Virus record (IMG/VR): IMGVR_UViG_3300036803_000075
Coordinates: 43,725-107,724 of that record
Reading direction: 5' to 3' (one strand)
From: a virus
Taxonomy: Duplodnaviria; Caudoviricetes
DNA length: 64,000 bases
Shown: positions 52,539 through 62,136 of the stretch, in pieces
Position numbering within the stretch: the stretch's first letter is position 1
Layout of the letters: each line of letters starts with the position of its first letter
Notes under the pieces: model-generated
The model's input: the letters and a program-made list of their open reading frames with translations, nothing else
Database searches by the model: none
What the model was told of the DNA's origin: nothing
Position numbers and translations under genes: made by a program

Positions 52539-53054
52539 ATGCCTCGCATGACCGAGGAAGAATGGCGCCCTGTCGCCGAGCCCGACTTCGAAGACCTTTA
52601 CGAGGCGTCCTCCTGGGGTCGACTCCGCCGGAAAGCCACGGGGTACATCCTGAAGCCTTGCAAGCACCCCAGAGGCTATCGTCTCGCCATCTTTTCTGGG
52701 AGAGGCATCCGCAGGACCATCCTCATCCACAGGGTTGTCCTGATGACCTTCGCTGGGCTTCCTGGACTTGATCAAGAGACCAGGCATTTGAATGGCGATC
52801 GCACGGACAACCGGCTGGAGAATCTAGCTTGGGGGACTTCCGTCGAAAACGAGGTGGACAAGAAACACCACGGAACCGTATTGAACGGAGCCAAAAATCC
52901 CATGACCAAACTAGAGGAGCAGCAGGTCCGAGAGATCATCCGTAGATACGCCAACGGCGAGAGCCAAAGGACTCTCGCCGCCGCGTATGGAGTTGCCCAG
53001 CCTCAGATCTCTCGGATCGTCACCAAAAAGAGATGGCAGCACCTACCGGACTGA
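52539..53054 (+). CDS. NUMOD4-HNH homing endonuclease
   Basis: EEWRPV..LYEASSWGRLR (NUMOD4); IHRVV..TRHLNGDRTDNRLENLAW..N (HNH); C-terminal HTH. Confidence 0.88.
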   Translation: MPRMTEEEWRPVAEPDFEDLYEASSWGRLRRKATGYILKPCKHPRGYRLAIFSGRGIRRTILIHRVVLMTFAGLPGLDQETRHLNGDRTDNRLENLAWGTSVENEVDKKHHGTVLNGAKNPMTKLEEQQVREIIRRYANGESQRTLAAAYGVAQPQISRIVTKKRWQHLPD

Positions 53055-53068
53055 TTCGGACATTCCGC

Positions 53069-54052
53069 TCATACCTTCGTAATTGTCGCAATTCCCCTGG
53101 GATTAAGAATGGCGAAGGTCACCATTTCGTCGAACACCCACCCCTTCCAGAAGGCGGCGACGTTGTGGTTTTCCTCGACATCCAGGGAATACAGGACCGG
53201 GAACACACCCAGGAAGTTTGGCTCCGGGGTCAAAAAGATCTTCCCCTGGGGAACCATGATCGACCGCTGGATCTGGAACTCGCCAAAGCTGGTGATGGTC
53301 TCACCCGCGACGACTCGGTCCTTGAAAGCCCAACCAGTCTGGTTAATGTCCCACCGATACATGTCCCGGTAGTCGAACGGGTTGATCAGGATCCGGGCCG
53401 ACTGGATTTCGTGCATGTCGGTCATTGCCACGGCCGAGTACAGCGAGCCGGGAGTCAGGTAGCCGGAGGCCTCAGTAATATTGTGGTTTGGCGTAACCAC
53501 GTGATCCGGGCGGGTGGCGTAGTCGGTGACCGCAGCCTGCAGCATGGTCAGCAGCCGGCTGTCCTCCTGCTTGAGGATGGCCTGCTTGGTCTCGTCCTGC
53601 GCCTGTTCGACCACGTTGATCCGCATATAAAATAGATCTTCTTTGCGGATCGCCGGCTGCGAGGCGATACGGAAGAACCGCACCGGTACCCGCTTGCCTT
53701 CAAACGGAGTCACACGGACTTCGCCCTCAGTGCCGGACTGCAGGTACGCCTGGCCCAGGTCGTCCCACACGTCGTACTCGACCGGGGTGCCCGGGGTGAC
53801 CGGGTCCTCGACCAGCACGTTGCGGGTAATGCCCTGGTAGCGCAGCTTGAGCTGGATCGGGCCGATCATGCCGACGCCCAGACGCCGGATGCCGTTGGCC
53901 TCGTCCTGGAGGATCAGCGCCATCTTCCGGACCTTGGCCTCATGAGAGAGGCTTGAGCCCTTAGCGCGACGCTCCTCGATCAGCTGCACATAATCGTCGC
54001 TCTTCTTCGCGACCTTGCCCCGCAGCCCGGAGGGGGCGAGTGCTGTCGTCAT
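53069..54052 (-). CDS. Major capsid protein
   Basis: 327 aa; GPIQLKLRYQG..AILKQEDSRL..AILNPRGI; resembles large actinophage HK97-fold capsids; synteny. Confidence 0.85.
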   Translation of the reverse strand: MTTALAPSGLRGKVAKKSDDYVQLIEERRAKGSSLSHEAKVRKMALILQDEANGIRRLGVGMIGPIQLKLRYQGITRNVLVEDPVTPGTPVEYDVWDDLGQAYLQSGTEGEVRVTPFEGKRVPVRFFRIASQPAIRKEDLFYMRINVVEQAQDETKQAILKQEDSRLLTMLQAAVTDYATRPDHVVTPNHNITEASGYLTPGSLYSAVAMTDMHEIQSARILINPFDYRDMYRWDINQTGWAFKDRVVAGETITSFGEFQIQRSIMVPQGKIFLTPEPNFLGVFPVLYSLDVEENHNVAAFWKGWVFDEMVTFAILNPRGIATITKV

Positions 54053-54084
54053 GTGTCTACTTCCCTTCAGGTTCCGGGCCGCGC

Positions 54085-54594
54085 TTAGCGGAGGCCGCCG
54101 ATAGTGAGCTTGGTGGCGCTGTTGACCTTCAGGAGACGAGCCACCGCGTTACCGGAGTTAGCCCCGGCCGAAGTGAGCTTGCCCCGGGCCGCGCCCGTGG
54201 TGACCGCCGTGAGGAGCACCTCAGTGCCGTCGCCGGGGTCGGTGTAGGTGGCCGTGGTGTCGAAGGCCGGCGCCAAGACCTCGGCCTCAGCGTCCCGACC
54301 CATAACCCAGACGGCGAAGACGTTCAAGCCCACGTCGAGCGGCTCGTCAATGCCGTCACCACCGACATACAGGCCGGAGAAGCCGTACGCCACGTTCAGC
54401 GGGCTGGCCCCAAAAAGGGTGACCAGTTCGCCGGCCGTACGCGACATCACCATGCCTGGCCAGATGTTGACCGAGCGATCCCAGGCCGGGTCCAGGAACT
54501 GGGCCTTGGGGGTCATCTGCGTCCAACCGTAAAGTGGACGGAATGTCCGCTTCAGGTAGGCAGTTGCGAGCCGGGTCCGAATCATCGGCTTCAC
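54085..54594 (-). CDS. Capsid decoration/cement protein
   Basis: Immediately upstream of the MCP; IWPGMVM motif. Confidence 0.65.
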   Translation of the reverse strand: MKPMIRTRLATAYLKRTFRPLYGWTQMTPKAQFLDPAWDRSVNIWPGMVMSRTAGELVTLFGASPLNVAYGFSGLYVGGDGIDEPLDVGLNVFAVWVMGRDAEAEVLAPAFDTTATYTDPGDGTEVLLTAVTTGAARGKLTSAGANSGNAVARLLKVNSATKLTIGGLR

Positions 54595-54655
54595 AGTCCT
54601 TTCTAAGAGTGAGCCTGAGCCTTTCGGCTCTCAGGACCGTTTGCCTTCGAGCCTC

Positions 54656-54692
54656 CTCTACCCCTTCCCGGTCCTCGTATGCCTTGGGACAG
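54656..54692 (-). promoter_or_regulatory. Putative late promoter copy (CTGTCC-N19-GAAGGGGTAGAG)
   Basis: Bipartite motif upstream of the capsid operon. Confidence 0.68.
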
Positions 54693-54755
54693 GGCAAAGG
54701 TGTAGGCTGCCGGCCGTCTCCATACGGCTGGCGATACCCAATTTGCGTCCGAGAC

Positions 54756-54792
54756 GGCAAAGGCCCCGCTCGTCATTGAGCGGAGCCTTTGC
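54756..54792. terminator. Hairpin after the scaffold-like gene
   Basis: GCAAAGGCCCCGCTC...GAGCGGAGCCTTTGC imperfect inverted repeat. Confidence 0.5.
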
Positions 54793-54800
54793 TTTGCCGC

Positions 54801-55982
54801 TTATCCGAAGAGATCTGAATCCGCGATGTCGTCGTACGTGGAGGGTGCCGAGAATGCGGACGCCCCACTGGCCAACGAAGGCAGAGAGCGATTCCCCTGA
54901 GCGCTCGCGGACTTGGGGACCAGACCGGCCGGCCGCTGCCGAGAGGCTGCCTTCTGAACCTGGGCGAGAGTCGCGATCTCGTGAGAGATGGCGTCGTCAG
55001 GCATCTTGCTGGCCTCGATCACACCGGCTACCGCCAGATCGTCGCCCTGAGCGATACCCGCCTGCACCCGCAACCGGGCGAGCTTGATGGCGAGGATCGT
55101 ACGGCTGGCGCCAGAGGGCTGCGGCTGCTTGGCCGCTACCTTTTTTGAGCCGTAGTAGCCGCCCTCGTCACCCCGGTGGCCTTCGTGCTCTTCGTACGGC
55201 CTGTAGTTGTCGTTGTCGTGGTGGGGCTGGAAGTAGCTGTTGTAGTGCTCCGGGAAATTGCTCTTGACATAGCTGTGGAAGTTTTCCCGGTCGGCCGGCG
55301 TCGGCTGCGTGCTGCCGGCGTCCGGGTCTATGTCGTTGAGGTGCCGACGGACATCCTCAAAGCTGCGTGCAGTCTTTGCGCCTGCCTTCTGGCCGGCCAT
55401 CTCACCGGAGCCAGGCGCCTGACCATTGGAGTTGTTCGGGCTGATGGTCCACGGAAAGGCCGTGTCCAGATTCATCGGGTCGCCAACGCGAACGTCGGTC
55501 TCGATCCGGGTCTGGTCGTCCGGCACGTGGGTCTCAGTGCCCGCTACCGGAGCTGTCACGTCGACCATGTCACCGTACGGCGAAGTCGGCAGCGACTCAC
55601 CCGGATTCATCGCCAGGTCGGTGGTGTCGGCTGGAACGTCCTGCACGGAGCCCGGAGTCTGGCCTGGGCGGCGCGGGTCGTCCATGGTCTCGGGAGTGAC
55701 CGCCTCTTCGGTAGTCTCGCTCGGACCCTGGCTCGGGGGATCTGGCACCGGCTGGCCGGGGTTGTTCACGTCCGCGAGCTTGAGTTGATCGGCCCGCTTG
55801 CGAATCGCGGTCATCTGCTGGCCAACACCGGCCATGTTGGCGATGTAAGTCAGCTGACCCTTCAGCACCTCGATCTCGTGGCGCTGATTCGCGGCCACCT
55901 GCTTCAGTGCCTCAATGTGCTTCTGCTGGCCCTGTACGGCTGCCAGGATGGGCCGGCTGGCCGGCTGCGGCTTGATTCCCAT
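54801..55982 (-). CDS. Scaffold-like head protein
   Basis: Coiled-coil N-terminus, acidic Pro-rich middle; lies between the maturation protein and capsid genes. Confidence 0.6.
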   Translation of the reverse strand: MGIKPQPASRPILAAVQGQQKHIEALKQVAANQRHEIEVLKGQLTYIANMAGVGQQMTAIRKRADQLKLADVNNPGQPVPDPPSQGPSETTEEAVTPETMDDPRRPGQTPGSVQDVPADTTDLAMNPGESLPTSPYGDMVDVTAPVAGTETHVPDDQTRIETDVRVGDPMNLDTAFPWTISPNNSNGQAPGSGEMAGQKAGAKTARSFEDVRRHLNDIDPDAGSTQPTPADRENFHSYVKSNFPEHYNSYFQPHHDNDNYRPYEEHEGHRGDEGGYYGSKKVAAKQPQPSGASRTILAIKLARLRVQAGIAQGDDLAVAGVIEASKMPDDAISHEIATLAQVQKAASRQRPAGLVPKSASAQGNRSLPSLASGASAFSAPSTYDDIADSDLFG

Positions 55983-56023
55983 CTACGAACCCCTTCGATG
56001 GTTGGCCGACCCCTATTGGTCCG

Positions 56024-56060
56024 CTCTAACCCTTCGCAGGAGAAAGGCGTGACCGGGCAG
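56024..56060 (-). promoter_or_regulatory. Putative late promoter copy (CTGCCC-N19-GAAGGGTTAGAG)
   Basis: Bipartite motif. Confidence 0.62.
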
Positions 56061-56084
56061 GGTCCGGGGTGAAACAATGCCGCC

Positions 56085-56234
56085 ATGCCTACTCACGACG
56101 ACCGCAAGCCACCCTCGATCACCTGCCCGGTCTGCCGGATGACCTCCTACCACCCCAAGGACATCCAGTACGGATACTGCGGGAACTGCCGAGACTTCAC
56201 CGCCATTCCGCAGCAGCGCCCACCGTCCTCCTAA
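56085..56234 (+). CDS. 49-aa Zn-ribbon protein (not in the ORF track)
   Basis: MPTHDDRKPPSITCPVCRMTSYHPKDIQYGYCGNCRDF...; two CxxC pairs; GC3-rich codons. Confidence 0.55.
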   Translation: MPTHDDRKPPSITCPVCRMTSYHPKDIQYGYCGNCRDFTAIPQQRPPSS

Positions 56235-56400
56235 GCCGGCTGCTTCTGGACGGCCGCCCGATCATCCAGAAGCCTGTCGATCATCAGCTCCACGACCTCG
56301 ATCTCATCTTGGTGCTTGGCCTTCTTGGCCTGATTGAGCTGGATGACCCGCTTACGCAAGGCATCGTCGATCCAGTCGATATCCCTCACTGTCACTCCTC

Positions 56401-59400
56401 TCAGCGAGCTACCGGCACACCCTCTTGCTCTAGGTCGGAGATCGACATCAGCTGGGCCTGTCCACAGTTCGGGCAGGCATCGCCCTCCAGAGCACCCTCA
56501 CCAGTAGCGTCCGGACTCATCGGGTCGTCCATGTCGGTCGTCGTCGGCTGTGCCGCATCGGCGGTGTAACCGCAGTTCGGGCATTCCAGATCCGCCGCAC
56601 CGTCCTGCGGAGTTCCCGGCGGCTCGTCGCCGAGGGTCTGGACGTCCACCGGCACCTCGCCGCTGGTGTCATCCTCGCCAATGCCCGCTCCGGGGACCAT
56701 GTCCTCTGGCTGCTCGCCCTGCTCTGCCTCTTCCGGATCACCTGGTTCGCCGGGAACGTTCGGACCCGGAGTGAACGGCTCGCCGCCCTGGTTGACATGT
56801 CCTTCGGCCGCCGCCGGGTCGATAGGCATGCCGTTCTCGTCCAGCTGGCTGGCGTCGACCTGATCGGGGTCGACATCGGCATTGACGTTACCGTCCTCGT
56901 CCACCATCGCGGGATCCATCGGAACCTCGCCAGAGTCGTCCACAACAGCCCCTGAGCCGTCCGCTGCCGGCACGGTGGGCTCGGTGCCACCGTCCACTGC
57001 CCCGGGCAGCTCTCCGGCCCCCTGAGCCACGTCCTTGCGCAGGTCCATCTGCTTGGCCAGGTCCAGATCGGGGTCCTGCAGGAACTTCGGCGGTGCGACA
57101 AAGCCACACTCCTGGCACTGATCACCGGAGTACTCGGTCGAGCCGCAGACCGGGCACTCCTCGTCCCGCAGGGTGTCCACGTCCATGGGCGCGATGGTCT
57201 CGCCGTACGCAAGCTTGACAGCCATCTGCTTGCGATAGGGCTCCTTGGCCATCGGATCGTCGTGCGGATTGGAGGACGGCGCAGAGGTCTCGATGTTCGG
57301 CCGGACCTCCTTCATGTGCATGTTCTGCTCGTTGATGTCGTAGTGCTCGCGAGCGTGACCCATCCAGACGGTCTGGGCCTTTTCGAAGGCGTTGACGCGC
57401 CCCTTGCCCATCGCAGTGCCAGAGTCCTTGTCGGCCTGCTGATTCACCCGCTGCCGTACGAGCCAGGTGGCAGCTTGGACATGGTGCGGCTGGACCTTGT
57501 CCGCCCCGGTCAGGTTGTCCCGCTTGTTGATGTGGTCGGCCGCGTCCTTGTACTGCTTGACCACGTGGTTGTAGTAGTGCTCGTTGCTGATGGCATTGGA
57601 CATCGGCTTCATGTCCTCGTCGGACAGCCGCTTACCGGCGGCCACCGAGGCGGCATGCCGATCGATGACGACCTTGGGGTTGTTGTCGTCCTCGTTTCCG
57701 CCATGGTGAATCAGATGAGCAAACGCCTTAATCTTGTTGCTGCCCTTGGCAAACACGTCGTTGTAATGCTCGCCGTTCATGACCCGCTGGGCGGCGTCCT
57801 TCATCGCACCCGTGGCCATTACGCCCGAGCCCTTGCCACCAATAGCCTGTCCCGTCCGCAGAGACCGGGAGGCGTTCATCATGTTGACCGGCCAGGCCGT
57901 CTGGGGACTGTACGCGGCCAGGACGCCGGCACCCTTCTGGGCATCACCACCAGCGATCGCCTTCGCGATGTGATGGGCATCCTCGTACCAGTTCCGGCCC
58001 TGACCCTTCTCCTCATCCGAAGCCTGGTCCCAGTGCGCCACGATGTTGCTGGGATGGACCGGATGCAGCTTGAAGGCCGGGTGCTGGCTTGCGTCCTCGA
58101 ACTTCGGCTTGGCCTCGGTGCTCAGTCCACCGTGATAGTGCATCGAGCCGGCTGTCTTGGCCTCCGGGAAGTCCTGGCCGCCGCCGTCCGGAGTGTGCTC
58201 GAAGTTGTGGATGGCCTGGATCTCCGCGACCGAGTACGGCCGGCTGACACCTGCCTCGTGGCTGTCCAATGCCGGGTGCGGGTCGTTCGGGAACTGGTGG
58301 AAGTCGTCCTTGCCCCAGCCATGGGTCTCCATCAGGTGTCTGGCGAGCTTGCGCGGGTCGTCGAGGTCCACTGCCTGAGTACGGTGAGCGTCGTCCTCCG
58401 CCACCTGCTGCTGAAGGTCGAAGGCGATCTTGGCTTCCTTTGAGTCCTCGGTACGGTGCTTGATCTCTCCGCAATAGGCGTCCGGCCGGTCCTTATCGGA
58501 ATTTTTCTTTTCGCAGTCCTCAAAGTCTTCATAGCCGGCGAAGGGAGCACCCTTGCGCATGCTGGTGAGATCCATGCCCTCGTCTGCCGTGCTCTGGTTC
58601 GGCGGATTACCAGTGGCCGGGTCATAGCCGGAGTCCGGCGGCTGAGCCTGATGCGGCATCCCCGCGCCCGCCTCGTCATTGTGGATCCAGCCCGAGGTGG
58701 GCCCGGCCGGATTCTGGATCAAAAAGATCCCTCCGCCACAAGTTTGGCAGTACGACGTGGTCCGATGTGAGTTATCCGAATCGTGCTTTTTCTTCGGCAC
58801 GGGACCCAACGCGGTACGGCCTTCCTGAGCTACCGCACGCAACGACGCCACTCGATCCAGCTCCTGCCGCCGCTTACGAGCGTCCGTGCGCTTGGGAGTA
58901 GGACGGCCCTTGGGTGCCTGGGGATCGACCTTGGTGGCCGACGACCTCAGCCCTCGGTCGTCCACTCCGGTGAAGACCGCCGTCGGATCGGCTGGTTCCT
59001 CGACCAGCAAGCTGTTCTCGAAGAAGCGCAGTCCGTAGCACTTTTCCCTGACCAGCACGCCCACGCGCTTACCGAACTGGTCGGTACGGTAGATCCGCTG
59101 GCCCTTCATTTTAGGAATGTGGCTGCAGTACTCCGCTGGTGTGGTGGCCTTGTTGGCACAAATGGAACAAATGCTGTGGGCGACATCGGTCCCCATGCTC
59201 GTCCGGTCTACGTGGCCAGCGAGCACAGCCTGAGCCAGCTTAGGGAACTTCATGGCGTCGATCTCCATGAGGCACTCAGCCCAGGTGTCCGGCGAGCCGT
59301 CTGGATTCCAGTCCTCATGAAGTGCGGCATCGATGACCACACCACGAGCGCGGCGGTGATCTTCGTTGGCATGATTGACAAATACCGGTTTTCCGATGAA

Positions 59401-59604
59401 CGACTTATACGCCGTTTTGATTTCCTCAGCCGGAAATTCATCGTAGTTGTCATTGCACCGCGAGCTGATAGCCCGACTACGGACGTACAGATACCCAGGA
59501 CGCGGTGTGTAGTCGAAGTGGGCTCGGTGAGCCTGCCGGCGCAGGACACGCCGGTCGCCCATCTCCGCAGACAGCACCGCCGCCTCGGCAAATTTCATCA
59601 GCAC
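56401..59604 (-). CDS. Multidomain capsid maturation protease-like protein with inserted domains
   Basis: N-terminal RAISSRCNDNYD.F..FIGKPVFVNH..TSMG..FFENS..PAD protease-like domain; central helical domain with VVIDRHA and QAATW; C-terminal Zn ribbons and acidic region. Confidence 0.65.
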   Translation of the reverse strand: MLMKFAEAAVLSAEMGDRRVLRRQAHRAHFDYTPRPGYLYVRSRAISSRCNDNYDEFPAEEIKTAYKSFIGKPVFVNHANEDHRRARGVVIDAALHEDWNPDGSPDTWAECLMEIDAMKFPKLAQAVLAGHVDRTSMGTDVAHSICSICANKATTPAEYCSHIPKMKGQRIYRTDQFGKRVGVLVREKCYGLRFFENSLLVEEPADPTAVFTGVDDRGLRSSATKVDPQAPKGRPTPKRTDARKRRQELDRVASLRAVAQEGRTALGPVPKKKHDSDNSHRTTSYCQTCGGGIFLIQNPAGPTSGWIHNDEAGAGMPHQAQPPDSGYDPATGNPPNQSTADEGMDLTSMRKGAPFAGYEDFEDCEKKNSDKDRPDAYCGEIKHRTEDSKEAKIAFDLQQQVAEDDAHRTQAVDLDDPRKLARHLMETHGWGKDDFHQFPNDPHPALDSHEAGVSRPYSVAEIQAIHNFEHTPDGGGQDFPEAKTAGSMHYHGGLSTEAKPKFEDASQHPAFKLHPVHPSNIVAHWDQASDEEKGQGRNWYEDAHHIAKAIAGGDAQKGAGVLAAYSPQTAWPVNMMNASRSLRTGQAIGGKGSGVMATGAMKDAAQRVMNGEHYNDVFAKGSNKIKAFAHLIHHGGNEDDNNPKVVIDRHAASVAAGKRLSDEDMKPMSNAISNEHYYNHVVKQYKDAADHINKRDNLTGADKVQPHHVQAATWLVRQRVNQQADKDSGTAMGKGRVNAFEKAQTVWMGHAREHYDINEQNMHMKEVRPNIETSAPSSNPHDDPMAKEPYRKQMAVKLAYGETIAPMDVDTLRDEECPVCGSTEYSGDQCQECGFVAPPKFLQDPDLDLAKQMDLRKDVAQGAGELPGAVDGGTEPTVPAADGSGAVVDDSGEVPMDPAMVDEDGNVNADVDPDQVDASQLDENGMPIDPAAAEGHVNQGGEPFTPGPNVPGEPGDPEEAEQGEQPEDMVPGAGIGEDDTSGEVPVDVQTLGDEPPGTPQDGAADLECPNCGYTADAAQPTTTDMDDPMSPDATGEGALEGDACPNCGQAQLMSISDLEQEGVPVAR

Positions 59605-59623
59605 TCTTGACCACCCCTATCGC

Positions 59624-59660
59624 CTCTACCCCTTCGTGCGTCTCGAAGAGGCAGAAACAG
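59624..59660 (-). promoter_or_regulatory. Putative late promoter copy (CTGTTT-N19-GAAGGGGTAGAG)
   Basis: Bipartite motif. Confidence 0.62.
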
Positions 59661-59737
59661 TGCGAGGTGATATCTTTAAATCACGACCGGCGGCCAAGGT
59701 CGTTTCGATACCCATTGCCGATGCGCCGCCGGTCGGT

Positions 59738-59947
59738 TTACTCCCGCCAGTGCCGGCGGCGGCCGTACCCGGTGTCCCTTACGCGGTACCCGTCCTCGTC
59801 TACCCGGATGACCTTGTCCCCCGACTCGACGTTGCGCCGAAGGTAGGTCTCCAGGACCGCCTCAGGCGCGTCAGTCAGCTTGGTCGTCCGGTCCTGGGAC
59901 AGCTGGAACCGGCCTGGCTCCGTTTCGGTAATGGTCCAGATGGCCAT
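59738..59947 (-). CDS. Small hypothetical protein
   Basis: Abuts the upstream stop; GGAG RBS. Confidence 0.55.
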   Translation of the reverse strand: MAIWTITETEPGRFQLSQDRTTKLTDAPEAVLETYLRRNVESGDKVIRVDEDGYRVRDTGYGRRRHWRE

Positions 59948-60898
59948 CTAGCTCCGATCGTGCTTCTGCTCTAGCGCGTCCAGGTAGGCCGAGTACGCGC
60001 TACCAGGCCACAGTGGCCCCTCAGCCTCCTCAGGACTGGAGAACCAGTCGTAGTAGTCCCAACGCTCGTCCGCCCTGATCACGATCACAGGGAGGCCGTC
60101 CTGGAGCCTCTGCCAGTTCATGAGCATCCGGCCGGTACGGCCATTGCCGTCGGCGAACGGGTGGATGTGCTCGAACTTGACATGAGCCTCCTGCCAGTCC
60201 AGGTCCAGCCACTCGTCCAACCAGTCATCCATCAGAGGCCTCACGTCGAAGAAGGGCGGGCAGCTCCGGCCGCCGACGGACACGTTGATCCGAGGCTCGT
60301 CCCGATAGACGCCCTTATAGCGTGCGGGCATCTCCTCCTGGTGATCGGTGATCAGGCGCTGCAGGTACTGGATGCCCTGGTGGGTGATGCGATCCTGCTG
60401 CCGCAGCCACATCCATGCTTCAAAGCAGTCCTTGTCCGCCTTGGCGCTGTCGATGCCCTCGATCAGGTTGGACTCACGCACGAAAGTCTTGGCCAGCAGA
60501 CGCTCACGGCGCTCTTCCCGCTGGACCTCACGAGCCTCCTCCTGACTGCGTTCCTCCGGAGTGAGGCCGTCCAGGTTTTCTTGATCGTCCTTAGCCACGT
60601 AGGGCTCCAATGCGTGAAAGAGATCCCAGTTGATCTTCATGTACTTGTCATCCGGGTGCCGGTCCATCCAGCATTCCAGCTTGATACCCGGCGATATCTC
60701 CCCTAGCAGCCGGACGGGGGTCGCCGTTCCCACCGGGTTGGTCCCGTCGTTGAAGTACTCGGTGAACAGATACTCTTCGCCGAACTTCTCCCGGATACCA
60801 ACGAAACCTCGCCGGCCGTCATAGACCGCCACTCCGAAGTTTCGGGCGCGGACCTTGTAGACCTTGCCCTTCTCACACTGACCGAGTGCTACCGCCAT
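59948..60898 (-). CDS. Fic-domain protein with an extra N-terminal domain
   Basis: Canonical HPFADGNGRTGR motif; ESNLIEG helix; AAGGAGG RBS. Confidence 0.88.
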   Translation of the reverse strand: MAVALGQCEKGKVYKVRARNFGVAVYDGRRGFVGIREKFGEEYLFTEYFNDGTNPVGTATPVRLLGEISPGIKLECWMDRHPDDKYMKINWDLFHALEPYVAKDDQENLDGLTPEERSQEEAREVQREERRERLLAKTFVRESNLIEGIDSAKADKDCFEAWMWLRQQDRITHQGIQYLQRLITDHQEEMPARYKGVYRDEPRINVSVGGRSCPPFFDVRPLMDDWLDEWLDLDWQEAHVKFEHIHPFADGNGRTGRMLMNWQRLQDGLPVIVIRADERWDYYDWFSSPEEAEGPLWPGSAYSAYLDALEQKHDRS

Positions 60899-60976
60899 CT
60901 TTCCTCCTTGGGGGAATCGCGCCAAAGAGCACCCCTCCTACGAGGAGTGCTCCGAGGATGACGAGGGGCCAGCTCA

Positions 60977-61600
60977 TCACATCGCCGCTACTTTGCTCGC
61001 GCATTCAGGGCCGAGACCAGCGTGGATACTGGTCGGTACGGTCAGCGTCCGGTTGCAGCGGTAGCACCGGCTGGCCTGCTCGGCGTATGCCAGACCAGCG
61101 GCGGCGGGGTCTTGGAACAGCACCCGTACAGCCTCGGCCAGATCCGGACGGTCCTGGTGCCGACGCCAGATCTTCGGTCGCCGGGCCGGCACGTTGGACT
61201 TCTCGTCCTGGTAGACCTCGACGTTGCCCACGCGGGTGTAGTCGGAGTCGTTGTCCGATCCGGTCAGCACCGAGATGATCTGCTCGCCGGGCTTAAAGCT
61301 CGCGGACGCGGGCTGAGTCCGCAGCCGCAGCGTCTTGTGGGAGCCGTCCTCGAAGGAAACGGTGTACAGGCCGTCCGAGACAGCCTTGCGAGCGGTGATC
61401 TTCACGCTCACGGTCTGGTTGACGACGGCCGGCTGGGCCTTGACCTCTACGGGCAGTGGGCACTGACCGTAGTGGATGACCTCCCAGGAGCCGTTCGCTC
61501 CGCGCTCCAGCATCCCTCGACCAGCCTCGACACGCTGGTGGCACTCAGTGCAGGTGCCCGGGTAGCGATTGAACTTCGGGTCGTTGCGGTTGATGGTCAT
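60977..61600 (-). CDS. DUF6011-like Zn-finger protein
   Basis: N-terminal YPGTCTEC..H..C; C-terminal RCYRCNRTLT.P.SI..GLGPECA. Confidence 0.72.
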   Translation of the reverse strand: MTINRNDPKFNRYPGTCTECHQRVEAGRGMLERGANGSWEVIHYGQCPLPVEVKAQPAVVNQTVSVKITARKAVSDGLYTVSFEDGSHKTLRLRTQPASASFKPGEQIISVLTGSDNDSDYTRVGNVEVYQDEKSNVPARRPKIWRRHQDRPDLAEAVRVLFQDPAAAGLAYAEQASRCYRCNRTLTVPTSIHAGLGPECASKVAAM

Positions 61601-61619
61601 GATGTCCTCCTGGTACCTA

Positions 61620-61665
61620 GATCTCTGGCGAAACCCAGAGTACCAGTCGGATTTTAAAATCTCAA
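61620..61665 (-). promoter_or_regulatory. Sigma70-type early promoter plus GCCAGAGATC leader
   Basis: TTGAGA-TTTTAAAATCCGACTGG-TACTCT-N7-GCCAGAGATC on the minus strand. Confidence 0.7.
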
Positions 61666-61668
61666 CCC

Positions 61669-62127
61669 TCAGTATTTCGTGCAGTCCAGCAGCTTGATGT
61701 TGGACAGGGCCTGGTTGTACGCCGCGATCCGCGTCTGCTTGATCGAGATGTTCGACCCACTGGTGGAGGGGATCTGCTGCTCGGCGGAGATCAGAGACTG
61801 ATAGAGCGCCCGCTGGCTCCGCAGCTGCTCATTGATCGCGTTGCAGTCAGCTATCGCGTTCTGACGCTGGTTGGAGGCACTGACCTGCTGGACGATGATC
61901 GCTCCGGCCATCACCGAGAGGATGATGATCAAGGCGAAAATACGCGCGAGGTAATCTCTCTTGAGCGAGTTTTTCTTTACCTCTTCTTGTAAATCTCGAA
62001 CCAGCTTGGCCAGACTGGTGAACTGCTCTCCCAAATGCAGGGCATCCTGAGAGGGCCCGACCTGGATCTTGGTTGTCGGACTGTCATCCGGCGGCGGGGT
62101 AGGCCCACCGCCCCATGGCTCGGTCAT
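61669..62127 (-). CDS. Single-pass membrane protein (possible lysis module)
   Basis: One TM helix flanked by coiled coils. Confidence 0.6.
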   Translation of the reverse strand: MTEPWGGGPTPPPDDSPTTKIQVGPSQDALHLGEQFTSLAKLVRDLQEEVKKNSLKRDYLARIFALIIILSVMAGAIIVQQVSASNQRQNAIADCNAINEQLRSQRALYQSLISAEQQIPSTSGSNISIKQTRIAAYNQALSNIKLLDCTKY

Positions 62128-62136
62128 CTGTCTCCC

